A DNA stretch of 24,000 nucleotides, taken from positions 412,948-436,947 of the forward strand of contig NZ_JACHZE010000003.1 in assembly GCF_014193285.1 (NCBI RefSeq), read 5' to 3'. The DNA comes from Atlantibacter sp. RC6. Lineage in GTDB: Bacteria; Pseudomonadota; Gammaproteobacteria; Enterobacterales; Enterobacteriaceae. Positions 9,369-17,665 of the stretch are shown here, piece by piece (within the stretch, counting starts at the first letter, position 1; each line of letters starts with the position of its first letter). The notes beneath the pieces were generated by a model. That model saw only the letters and a program-made list of their open reading frames with translations, had not been told where the DNA came from and ran no database searches. The position numbers were made by a program, and so were the translations under genes.

Positions 9369-10328
9369 CTAACTGGTCTTGTTTCCCATCGTCTGGCGGG
9401 TAACCCGCCCAAAAAATTCGCGGGCCGTCACGACATCCCTGGCGATTTGCGCTTTCAGTTCATCAAGCGAAGCAAATCGCTGCTCATTACGTATTTTTTT
9501 ACGCAACACCACATCTATATGGCGTCCGTAAAGGTCCATTGCAATATCTAACAGATGAACCTCAAGCTGCTGGCGCATTCCCTGCACCGTCGGGCGCGTG
9601 CCGATATTGGCAACGCCGGGCAGCGGCGTATCGCCCAGCCCTGTGACTTCAACCGCATACACCCCTTTAACCGGGGAAACCTGACGGCGCAGCGGTAAGT
9701 TCGCCGTCGGGAAGCCGATGGTGCGGCCCAGCTCATCGCCGTGCACCACACGGCCAGAAATCATAAACGGATGGCCGAGCAGTTGCTCCGCCTGGGGCAG
9801 ATCGTCCTCCGCCAGCGCCTGACGCACCGCCGTACTGCTGACGCGCACGCCGCCGTGGCAGAATGTCTGGGTGCTGGTCACGTCGAAGCCGTATTCCAGG
9901 CCAGCCTGTTGTAATAACAAGAAATCTCCCTGACGACCAGCGCCAAAGCGGAAATCATCCCCCACCGCCAGGAACTGTACGCCAAGGCGCGTCACCAGCA
10001 GATCGCTGACGAAGGTTTGCGCGGTGAGCGCCGCGAAACGCCGGTCGAACCGGACGCACAGCACGTAATCCACATCCGACTCGGCCAGATATTTCAGCTT
10101 TTCACGCAGCCGGGTCAGCCGCGCCGGGGCTTTGTCTGCGGCGAACAGTTCCAGCGGCTGAGGCTCGAATATCATCACCATCACCGGCAGATTGCGGCGA
10201 CGCCCTTCCTTGCGCAATCCGGCGAGCAACGCCTGATGGCCGCGATGTACGCCATCGAAATTACCAATTGTGAGGACACAACCACGGTGTTCAGAGGTCA
10301 GATTGTGAATGCCGCGTATCAGCTTCAT
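9369..10328 (-). CDS. ribF: Bifunctional riboflavin kinase / FMN adenylyltransferase
   Basis: 319 aa. MKLIRGIHNL...GNFDGVHRGHQAL, with conserved synteny upstream of ileS. Confidence 0.95.
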   Translation of the reverse strand: MKLIRGIHNLTSEHRGCVLTIGNFDGVHRGHQALLAGLRKEGRRRNLPVMVMIFEPQPLELFAADKAPARLTRLREKLKYLAESDVDYVLCVRFDRRFAALTAQTFVSDLLVTRLGVQFLAVGDDFRFGAGRQGDFLLLQQAGLEYGFDVTSTQTFCHGGVRVSSTAVRQALAEDDLPQAEQLLGHPFMISGRVVHGDELGRTIGFPTANLPLRRQVSPVKGVYAVEVTGLGDTPLPGVANIGTRPTVQGMRQQLEVHLLDIAMDLYGRHIDVVLRKKIRNEQRFASLDELKAQIARDVVTAREFFGRVTRQTMGNKTS

Positions 10329-10357
10329 GACAGGCTCAACAGGGTGAAAATCGTCGG

Positions 10358-10386
10358 ATTATAGCGTGTACCGCTCTCAAGGTTAA
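10358..10386 (-). promoter_or_regulatory. Candidate sigma70 promoter for ribF
   Basis: The minus strand reads TTAACC-N17-TATAAT (perfect -10 at 10358-10363). It lies about 30 nt upstream of the ribF ATG. Confidence 0.3.
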
Positions 10387-10508
10387 CCAACGATTGCAGA
10401 TACCGCCCCGAAACCGGTTGTTTTAGCGCACTTAGCGGCAATCATAAGGAATTGCGCCAAAGCTTTACTATTTTTGTCCCCGAAAGGCTGTATTCGCGTG
10501 GCGCAAGC

Positions 10509-10607
10509 TGGTAGAATCCTGCGCCATCACTACGTAACAAGTGTCGCTTCATTAACGGCGCTTATTTGCACAAATCCATTGACAAAACGGGGCTAAGAGG
10601 GCATATT
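10509..10607 (+). promoter_or_regulatory. rpsT tandem promoters (P1 extended -10; P2 TTGACA-N17-CATATT)
   Basis: P1 is TGgTAGAAT at 10509-10517. P2 has -35 TTGACA at 10579-10584, an exact 17-nt spacer and -10 CATATT at 10602-10607. Two promoters are known for E. coli rpsT. Confidence 0.65.
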
Positions 10608-10633
10608 CCTCGGCCTTTGAATTGTCCATATAG

Positions 10634-10918
<285 letters not shown>

Positions 10919-10940
10919 TCGCCCGCCGTTGACGCTTTGT

Positions 10941-10970
10941 AAAAAAGACCCGCTTAACGCGGGTTTTTTT
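10941..10970 (+). terminator. rpsT rho-independent terminator
   Basis: Stem acccgc/gcgggt (10948-10953 / 10959-10964) is followed by T7 and preceded by A6. Confidence 0.85.
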
Positions 10971-11074
10971 ATGCCTGTTTCCCCGCCTCTCTGCATACTA
11001 TTCGCTCAACGTAGCTGCGCGAAATAGCTTCATATCGATCACATATCTCTTTGATTTGGTCACTTTATTGCTGA

Positions 11075-11120
11075 CCAGGTGATTCTTGTCACACTTATTG
11101 CGTCATTCGCCGCTTATAAA
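11075..11120 (+). promoter_or_regulatory. Predicted class II CRP-dependent promoter of the sgc-like operon
   Basis: CRP-like site GGTGA-ttcttg-TCACA (11078-11093, 9/10 core matches) is centred at 11085.5. The -10 TATAAA lies at 11115-11120. If +1 is near 11127, the CRP centre falls at -41.5. No recognisable -35 is present, as expected for class II promoters. Confidence 0.45.
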
Positions 11121-11158
11121 TCGCTCAACAAATGAGTGAATTTTACTGGAGTTGCGTA

Positions 11159-12277
11159 ATGACCTTCGACATGAAAGACACGTTGTTTACCTTACTAACG
11201 CTGGACGGGATTTCCGGCCACGAAACCGCGCTTGCCGACTATATGCAGCAGCAGTTTTCCACCACGGCGCATGAAGTCTGGCGCGACCGGTTAGGAAACA
11301 TCGTCGCTCGCTACGGCAGTGAGAGCCCGGATGCACTCAGGGTGATGGTTTTCGCGCATATGGATGAAGTGGGTTTTATGGTGCGCAAAATCGAGCCTTC
11401 CGGCTTTGTGCGCTTCGAACGGGTTGGCGGGCCTGCGCAAATTACCATGCCCGGCTCGCGCGTCACCCTGAATACCAGCCAGGGTCCGGTTCCCGGCTGC
11501 ATTGGCATCAAAGCCTATCATTTCGCTAAAGCGGATGAGCGAACCCAGTCCCCGTCACTGGACAAATTGTGGATTGATATCGGCGCCCATTCTAAAGCCG
11601 ATGCCGAGCGGATGGGGGTCCGCGTGGGCACACCCATCACGCTGTACAATCCTCCTCAGTTACTGGCTAACGATCTGGTATGCAGTAAAGCGCTTGACGA
11701 TCGGCTTGGCTGCACCGCGCTGCTCGGCGTGGCGCACGGCATCAAACAACAGCCGTTAGCCATCGCTTTGTATCTGGTCGCTTCCGTTCAGGAAGAGTTC
11801 AATATTCGCGGTATCGTCCCGGTGTTATCCCGGATTAAACCGGACCTGGCGATTGGGATTGATATTACCCCGTCCTGCGATACGCCCGACCTTAATGATT
11901 ATTCGGATGTGGTGGTTAATCAGGGAGTGGGCATTACCTGCCTGAACTATCACGGCCGCGGTACCCTGGCCGGCCTGATCACGCCGCCCCGGTTGATCGC
12001 CATGCTGGAACAGACGGCTCGCGAGGCCGCCATTCCGGTCCAGCGCGAAGTGGCGCCCGGCGTGATCACCGAAACCGGGTATATTCAGGTGGAGCAAAAC
12101 GGCATTCCCTGCGCCAGTCTTTCTATTCCCTGCCGCTATACCCATTCACCTGCCGAAGTCGCCAGCCTGCGCGACCTCGGTCATTGCATCGATTTACTGA
12201 CGGCTCTGGTGCAACAGCGCCCCGAGTCATTTCCCATTGAGCCCATCCCGGGCCCCCTTCAGGAGCACCCTCTGTGA
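11159..12277 (+). CDS. sgcX: M42-family metallopeptidase / 'endoglucanase-like' protein (SgcX homolog)
   Basis: Start is chosen at the ATG at 11159 (SD ggag 7 nt upstream). This gives 372 aa against 373 aa for E. coli SgcX. The ORF-track start at 11132 lacks an SD. The M42 motif FAHMDEVGFMV is present. It is the first gene of an sgcXBCQAER-ordered cluster. Confidence 0.85.
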   Translation: MTFDMKDTLFTLLTLDGISGHETALADYMQQQFSTTAHEVWRDRLGNIVARYGSESPDALRVMVFAHMDEVGFMVRKIEPSGFVRFERVGGPAQITMPGSRVTLNTSQGPVPGCIGIKAYHFAKADERTQSPSLDKLWIDIGAHSKADAERMGVRVGTPITLYNPPQLLANDLVCSKALDDRLGCTALLGVAHGIKQQPLAIALYLVASVQEEFNIRGIVPVLSRIKPDLAIGIDITPSCDTPDLNDYSDVVVNQGVGITCLNYHGRGTLAGLITPPRLIAMLEQTAREAAIPVQREVAPGVITETGYIQVEQNGIPCASLSIPCRYTHSPAEVASLRDLGHCIDLLTALVQQRPESFPIEPIPGPLQEHPL

Positions 12278-12555
12278 TGAAAAAGATCCTTGTGGCATGC
12301 GGCACTGGCATGTCCACCTCAACCATGATTGCCCAGAAGCTCCAGGACTACCTGGCGCAACAAGGTATCCCCGCTACGACCTCCCAGTGCTGCCTGAGCG
12401 AAATTCCGCTCAATTGCCGGGGCGTTGATCTGATTGTGACATCCATGAAAACCGCTACCGATTATGGAGTGCCCACGCTGAATGGCGCGGCGCTGTTGAC
12501 CGGTATCAACGATGACGCGCTGAAGCAGCAAATTAAAGCGCTGCTCAGCCACTAG
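12277..12555 (+). CDS. sgcB: PTS galactitol-family EIIB component
   Basis: 92 aa from the ATG at 12277 (TGATG overlap with the sgcX stop). The active-site Cys8 lies in KKILVACGTGMSTS. The size equals E. coli SgcB. Confidence 0.85.
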   Translation: MKKILVACGTGMSTSTMIAQKLQDYLAQQGIPATTSQCCLSEIPLNCRGVDLIVTSMKTATDYGVPTLNGAALLTGINDDALKQQIKALLSH

Positions 12556-12573
12556 GGATGATAAGGAGGCGTT

Positions 12574-13887
12574 ATGTTTGACTACATTTTGTCTCTTGGC
12601 GGGACGGTGTTTGTTCCCATCATTATGATTTTAATTGGCCTTATCTTCCGTATCCCGGTGCTTCAGGCAGTGAAGGCGGGCGTCACGGTCGGTGTAGGTT
12701 TTGTCGGAATGGGGCTGGTTATCGTCATGGCGATAGATAGCCTGAATCCACCGATAAAAATAATGATCGAACGCTTTGGCCTGAACCTGCACGTGCTCGA
12801 CGTGGGGGCTGGCCCGGCCTCTGGCGTCGGGTATGCCACGGCCATTGGCGCCATCATTATTCCGGTCATTTTTTTGCTCAACATCGGCATGTTGCTGACC
12901 CGTCTGACCAAAACCATGAACGTGGATATCTATAACTACTGGCACTTCGCCATTACCGGCACCGTGACGCAGTTGATGACGGGCAGCATGATTTACGGCG
13001 TACTGGCGGCAATCTGCCATGCCGCGCTGTCGTTGAAAATGGCTGACTGGAGCGCGCGCCGGGTCCAAAGCATTGTCGGCCTGGAAGGAATTTCCATCCC
13101 GCAAGGTTATGGTTCCAGTTCCGTTCCGCTATTTGTGTTGCTGGATACCCTGTACGACAACATTCCGTTCATGAAGGGACGTAACATCGATGCCAGCGAG
13201 CTCCAGAAACGCTACGGCATGGTGGGCGACCCCGTCATTATCGGTGTGGTGCTGGGTTTACTTTTCGGGCTGGCTGCGGGCGAAGGCTTCAAAGGCACCG
13301 CCACGTTAATGATCACGGTCGCCGCGATAATGGTGCTGTTTCCGCGCATGATCCGCCTGATCGTGGAAGGGTTGCTGCCCATTTCGGATGGCGCTCGCCA
13401 GTTTTTCCAAAAGCACTTTCATGGTCGTGAAGTCTATATCGGGCTGGACTCCGCCGTGACGTTGGGCCACCCGACCACTATCGCCGTCGGCCTGCTGTTA
13501 ATCCCCATTATGCTGATTTTCGCCAGCATTCTGCCCGGCAATAAAGTTTTGCCGCTCGCCGATTTGCCCGTCGCGCCGTTTTTTATCTGCATGGCGACGG
13601 TGATCCACCGGGGTGATTTATTGCGCACCTTGATTAGCGGCGTAATCGTTATGGTCACCGTGCTGCTGATCGCGACGCAGTTTGCGCCTTACTTTACCGA
13701 GATGGCGCTAAAGGGCGGTTTCAGCTTCGCGCAGGACGGCGCACAAATTAGCGCGCTTTCTGTCGGCAATATGTTTGGCTGGTCAATCGCAGAAATCATG
13801 TCCCTGGGCGTGATCGGCGTGGTGGTTGCTGTTGGTTTGTCGGCAACGGTAGTCCTGATTTTACGAAAACGAGAATTGTCGGAATAA
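12574..13887 (+). CDS. sgcC: PTS galactitol-family EIIC permease
   Basis: 437 aa polytopic membrane protein, the same length as E. coli SgcC. Strong SD aaggagg lies upstream. Confidence 0.9.
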   Translation: MFDYILSLGGTVFVPIIMILIGLIFRIPVLQAVKAGVTVGVGFVGMGLVIVMAIDSLNPPIKIMIERFGLNLHVLDVGAGPASGVGYATAIGAIIIPVIFLLNIGMLLTRLTKTMNVDIYNYWHFAITGTVTQLMTGSMIYGVLAAICHAALSLKMADWSARRVQSIVGLEGISIPQGYGSSSVPLFVLLDTLYDNIPFMKGRNIDASELQKRYGMVGDPVIIGVVLGLLFGLAAGEGFKGTATLMITVAAIMVLFPRMIRLIVEGLLPISDGARQFFQKHFHGREVYIGLDSAVTLGHPTTIAVGLLLIPIMLIFASILPGNKVLPLADLPVAPFFICMATVIHRGDLLRTLISGVIVMVTVLLIATQFAPYFTEMALKGGFSFAQDGAQISALSVGNMFGWSIAEIMSLGVIGVVVAVGLSATVVLILRKRELSE

Positions 13888-13898
13888 GGAGTAAATGA

Positions 13899-14705
13899 AT
13901 GAGTTGGCTTAAAAGCGTTATAGGCACAGAAAAAGCGGTTATTGCCATGTGTCACCTGCGGGCATTGCCAGGCGATCCGGGATTCGATCATCAAAAGGGG
14001 ATCAACTGGGTTATCGATCGGGCGTATGACGATCTCATGGCGTTACAGAACGGTGGCGTTGACGCAGTGATGTTTTCCAATGAGTTCAGCCTGCCCTATC
14101 TCACGAAAGTGCGGCCTGAAACCACAGCGGCCATGGCGCGTATTATTGGACAAATGATGACGGAAATTCGTGTGCCCTACGGCGTTAATGTGTTGTGGGA
14201 CCCCGTCGCGTCTTTTGATTTAGCCATGGCGACCGGCGCATCATTCATCCGGGAAATCTTCACTGGCGTCTATGCCAGCGATTTCGGCATCTGGGATACC
14301 AATGTCGGCGAAACCATTCGCCATCAGCATCGGATCGGCGCAGGCCATGTGAAGACCCTGTTTAATATTGTGCCCGAGGCGGCCGTGTATCTGGGGAATC
14401 GCGATATCTGTTCCATTGCCAAATCCACCGTGTTTAACAACCATCCCGACGCATTGTGCGTTTCCGGATTAACGGCTGGGGCGAAAACAGACAGCGCCGT
14501 GTTAAAACGCGTCAAAGAAACCGTTCCGGATACCGTGGTGCTGGCCAATACCGGCGTTTGCCTTGATAACGTGGAAGAGCAGTTGACCATCGCCGATGGC
14601 TGCGTCACCGCGACCTGGTTCAAAAAGGACGGCATCTTCGCCAACTTTGTCGATCAGCAACGGGTGAGCCGCTTTATGGAGAAAGTGCATCAGATAAGGC
14701 AATAA
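13899..14705 (+). CDS. sgcQ: BtpA/SgcQ-family TIM-barrel protein of unknown function
   Basis: 268 aa, the same length as E. coli SgcQ, starting MSWLKSVIGTEKAVIAMCHLRALPGDP. It sits between IIC and IIA, as in the sgc operon. Confidence 0.85.
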   Translation: MSWLKSVIGTEKAVIAMCHLRALPGDPGFDHQKGINWVIDRAYDDLMALQNGGVDAVMFSNEFSLPYLTKVRPETTAAMARIIGQMMTEIRVPYGVNVLWDPVASFDLAMATGASFIREIFTGVYASDFGIWDTNVGETIRHQHRIGAGHVKTLFNIVPEAAVYLGNRDICSIAKSTVFNNHPDALCVSGLTAGAKTDSAVLKRVKETVPDTVVLANTGVCLDNVEEQLTIADGCVTATWFKKDGIFANFVDQQRVSRFMEKVHQIRQ

Positions 14706-14709
14706 GAAA

Positions 14710-14779
14710 GGGATAAGCAAACGCTTATCCCCCGGGATGCTCCCGCTGTCTTCGCCAAAAGTACCGGCGGGAGCGTTTT
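14710..14779 (+). promoter_or_regulatory. Two RNA hairpins in the sgcQ-sgcA spacer (second resembles a weak intrinsic terminator/attenuator)
   Basis: Hairpin 1 is gggataagc-aaac-gcttatccc (14710-14731, 9 bp perfect). Hairpin 2 is gctcccgc...gcgggagc (14739-14746 / 14767-14774), followed by GTTTTC. Confidence 0.4.
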
Positions 14780-14814
14780 CACCATACCCACTCTGGGAAG
14801 GGAGTCAATGCGCC

Positions 14815-15264
14815 ATGTTAAATGATGTGAAATGGGTACAAGCCTGCCGGGACGCCACCGACTGGAGAGAGGCCTTAGCCATCGCGATTGAGCCGCTGAT
14901 CCGCCACGGCGCCGCGCAAGCCGCCTACCTTAACGGGGTAATTGAGAACACGTTGGCCTGGGGGCCTTACTATGTGGTGGCACCGGGGATCGCTTTACCC
15001 CACGCCCGGCCTGAGCAGGGCGCAGTGCATAACCAGATTGCCGTGACGACGCTTCAGCAGCCGGTGACCTTTGGTCATGAAGAGTGCGATCCGGTCTGGC
15101 TGCTGATTGCGTTAACCGCGACGGATGCTAATCGTCATATCGCGACCATTCAGCGCATCAGCCAATGGTTGGGAGATGAAGCCTTTATCAAGGCGCTACG
15201 CCACGCCGATAACGATAGCGCGCTGTACCAGCTACTGAAGCAGTCTCTCGTCAGGAGCGAATGA
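14815..15264 (+). CDS. sgcA: PTS EIIA component (fructose/mannitol-type EIIA-2 fold)
   Basis: Start is taken at MLNDVKWVQA..., matching my recollection of the E. coli SgcA N-terminus (MINDIKW); SD gggag lies upstream. The phospho-His is in GIALPHARPE (His63). The in-frame upstream ATG at 14737 lies inside hairpin 2 and lacks an SD. Confidence 0.8.
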   Translation: MLNDVKWVQACRDATDWREALAIAIEPLIRHGAAQAAYLNGVIENTLAWGPYYVVAPGIALPHARPEQGAVHNQIAVTTLQQPVTFGHEECDPVWLLIALTATDANRHIATIQRISQWLGDEAFIKALRHADNDSALYQLLKQSLVRSE

Positions 15265-15905
15265 TGATTTTGCATCCTTCCCTCGCGTCAGCCGATCCGC
15301 TGCGCCTGCATCAGGCGTTAAGCCAGTTTGACCATGCCCCGATTGGCTCATGGCACCTGGATATTGAAGACACCAGCTTCATCTCGAATATTACGTTTGG
15401 CCTGAAAACCGTTCGCAGCGTCTTTGAAGCCACGCAGCATCCGCTCTCTTTCCATTTAATGGTCGCCAATCCCTGGCCGTGGTTTCGGGCACTATCGCCG
15501 TTTACGCCAGCGTGGGTGTTTGTACATGCAGAAGCGCTGGCGAACCCCGCAGAAGCGCTGACGGCGATCCGCGAAACCGGTGCCCGCGCAGGCCTGGCGT
15601 TTAACCCCGCCACACCGCTTGAGCCTTATTTATATCTCCGGCACGCGCTCGATGCCTGTCTGATCATGACCAGCGAGCCGGATGGACACGGTCAATGCTT
15701 TAACCCTGCGTTAATCGACAAGGTCGCAGCCTGCGCACGCTATTTTCCCGATGCCGAATGTTGGGCTGACGGCGGGATTTCTGAATCCGCCGGGCAGCAA
15801 CTCAAACGGGCGGGCGCAGAACATCTGGTTCTGGGGCGGGCGCTATTTGCCTCAGACAATCCCGCGACGACGTTGGGATCCTTCAGGAGTGCGTTAAATG
15901 GATGA
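15261..15905 (+). CDS. sgcE: Ribulose-phosphate 3-epimerase family protein (pentose-5-P 3-epimerase paralog)
   Basis: 214 aa. Rpe-type catalytic and metal motifs are retained: HLDIEDTSF (H-x-D), FHLMV and WADGGI. ATGA overlap with the sgcA stop; SD aggag upstream. Confidence 0.85.
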   Translation: MMILHPSLASADPLRLHQALSQFDHAPIGSWHLDIEDTSFISNITFGLKTVRSVFEATQHPLSFHLMVANPWPWFRALSPFTPAWVFVHAEALANPAEALTAIRETGARAGLAFNPATPLEPYLYLRHALDACLIMTSEPDGHGQCFNPALIDKVAACARYFPDAECWADGGISESAGQQLKRAGAEHLVLGRALFASDNPATTLGSFRSALNG

Positions 15906-16689
15906 TCGCTCTCAAAGCCGCCCCGATCGTATTCAACAAATGCTGCATTATCTCTGGCAACACCGTCGTCTTTCCTCCAGCCAGGCCGTCGAGCTGTTTG
16001 GCTATGCCCACGCCACGGTACGGCGTGATTTTCATTTTATCGCCAGCCATTATCCCGGCATGGTGCGCCGCCATGGATGGCTGGAGTTCGACAGCGACAC
16101 CTCGGATAAAGAGTACGTTTTTGATTTGAAAAACAGTCTGCAAAGCCAGGCAAAACAAGAAATCGCTGTCGCGGCGCGCGCGATGATCCGCGATGGCGAC
16201 TGTTTTATGCTGGATTCAGGATCGACCTGTCTTGAACTGGCTAAGCGGTTGGGCGATGTGCAGGCGAAAGCGATTTCAGTGGATATAAAAATCGCCAATC
16301 AATTGGGCTGCTTTAACAACATTGAAAGCTACATTATCGGGGGAATGGTTCGACCGGGCTATTTCTCAATAGGCGAGAGTCTGGCGCTGGAAATGTTAAA
16401 TGCCTTTTCGGTAGAGCGCGCCTTTTTATCCTGCGACGCGCTGTCGCTTGAAGCAGGCATCACCAATGCGACCATGTTTGAAGTGGGTGTCAAAAGCCGC
16501 ATCATCCAACGCGCCAGAGAGGTTATTCTGCTGGCGGATCACGGCAAATTCAATAAGGTGGAGCCACACAGGGTCGCTACGCTGTCCTGTATTAAAACGA
16601 TTATTACCGACAGCGGGTTAGCCAATGACATCATGCAGCGCTATCAGCAGGCGGGCATTCATATTATTCGCGCCAAAGGAGAGCGGTGA
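15898..16689 (+). CDS. sgcR: DeoR-family transcriptional regulator
   Basis: 263 aa with an N-terminal wHTH (RIQQMLHYLWQHRRLSSSQAVELFGYAHATVRRDF) and a C-terminal DeoR sugar-phosphate sensor domain (MLDSGSTCLELA). It overlaps sgcE by 8 nt. Confidence 0.85.
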   Translation: MDDRSQSRPDRIQQMLHYLWQHRRLSSSQAVELFGYAHATVRRDFHFIASHYPGMVRRHGWLEFDSDTSDKEYVFDLKNSLQSQAKQEIAVAARAMIRDGDCFMLDSGSTCLELAKRLGDVQAKAISVDIKIANQLGCFNNIESYIIGGMVRPGYFSIGESLALEMLNAFSVERAFLSCDALSLEAGITNATMFEVGVKSRIIQRAREVILLADHGKFNKVEPHRVATLSCIKTIITDSGLANDIMQRYQQAGIHIIRAKGER

Positions 16690-16703
16690 CCGCACCGCTC
16701 TCC
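16678..16703. terminator. Hairpin in the convergent sgcR/nhaR gap (probable shared terminator)
   Basis: Perfect 11-bp stem ggagagcggtg/caccgctctcc with loop accg. The left arm includes the sgcR stop codon. U-tracts are weak on both strands. Confidence 0.45.
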
Positions 16704-16710
16704 GGCTCTG

Positions 16711-17604
16711 TTAAGGCGTAACAAACAACGAGGAATAGTCGCGGTTACAGATACGCTGTACCGCAGGATGCTGGATCATACGCTCGGCGAAAATCGCATG
16801 ATACTCTTCCATCACGTTATCTATCCGCCCAATCTCCACCACCGTTTTATCGTCGAAAAAATCTTGGGTATACAGCGTCGGCGCGACAAAAATCGCATTA
16901 TGGGCGCAGCCAAACGCTTTCATCAGCGCAGCGTCATCGAATTCACCGAGGATCTCAATATTCAACGCTTGGGTATTAAGCCAGTTCAGCACTTTGCGGC
17001 CCAGCATCGAACGACGGCCAGGGATCAGTAACCGGCGCTCTTCGAGACAGGCCGGAAATGGCTTTTCCGGACCGGGGGCCTGGCACCAAAAGCTCACGCC
17101 GCACTCGCCGATTTTGACCGAAAACAGCCCTTCCTGTTGGGTGGAATCGATCGGGCAATCAGAAATAATCATGTCCAGCTTATGCTGGCTCAGCTGTTCC
17201 AGCAGCATCTCGTGGGTGGATTCAAAGCAGCGTAAATGAATCTGTTCATTCTCCACCACGGCGGCATCCAGCACACCGCTCACCAGCCGTTTGGAGAGCG
17301 CATCCGCGACGCCTACGTCAAACAGCAGGTGCGACTCCTTGCGATAGTTGACGATATCAAGCATCTCCTGGCTGAGCGTAAACATGCGGTCGGCGTAGCG
17401 GAACACCAGTTCCCCCAACTCGCTGGGCTCAATGCCCCGCCCCTTGCGCTTGAACAGCTTACCCTGTAGCCGCTCTTCCAACGCTTTAATCTGCCCGGTG
17501 ATGGTTTGCGGCGTCAGATACAACGCTTCCGCCGCCCCCACAACCGACCCTTCCTTATACACGTGCCAAAAATAGTAAAGGTGGTTGTAATTGATATGTG
17601 ACAT
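16711..17604 (-). CDS. nhaR: LysR-family Na+-responsive activator of nhaA
   Basis: 297 aa. [39 protein letters not shown]... is near-identical to E. coli NhaR. It lies downstream of nhaA. Confidence 0.95.
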   Translation of the reverse strand: MSHINYNHLYYFWHVYKEGSVVGAAEALYLTPQTITGQIKALEERLQGKLFKRKGRGIEPSELGELVFRYADRMFTLSQEMLDIVNYRKESHLLFDVGVADALSKRLVSGVLDAAVVENEQIHLRCFESTHEMLLEQLSQHKLDMIISDCPIDSTQQEGLFSVKIGECGVSFWCQAPGPEKPFPACLEERRLLIPGRRSMLGRKVLNWLNTQALNIEILGEFDDAALMKAFGCAHNAIFVAPTLYTQDFFDDKTVVEIGRIDNVMEEYHAIFAERMIQHPAVQRICNRDYSSLFVTP

Positions 17605-17665
17605 ATCGCTTTCGCTCCCTGATTGATAGTGATGTTCGGCATGAACGCTTCCATATGTTTTCTGT

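Noticed and set aside
10499-10526. 7-bp inverted repeat TGGCGCA...TGCGCCA bracketing the rpsT P1 -10 element
   Set aside because: It is short and lies in a conserved core-gene promoter. S20 autoregulation is known to act translationally. No evidence from the sequence alone shows that it is an operator.
14710-14731. Hairpin gggataagc/gcttatccc as a REP/BIME element
   Set aside because: It shares only a CTTATCC-like core with the enteric REP consensus. It is a single copy in the window, so calling it REP is unsupported. It is kept only as an unclassified hairpin.
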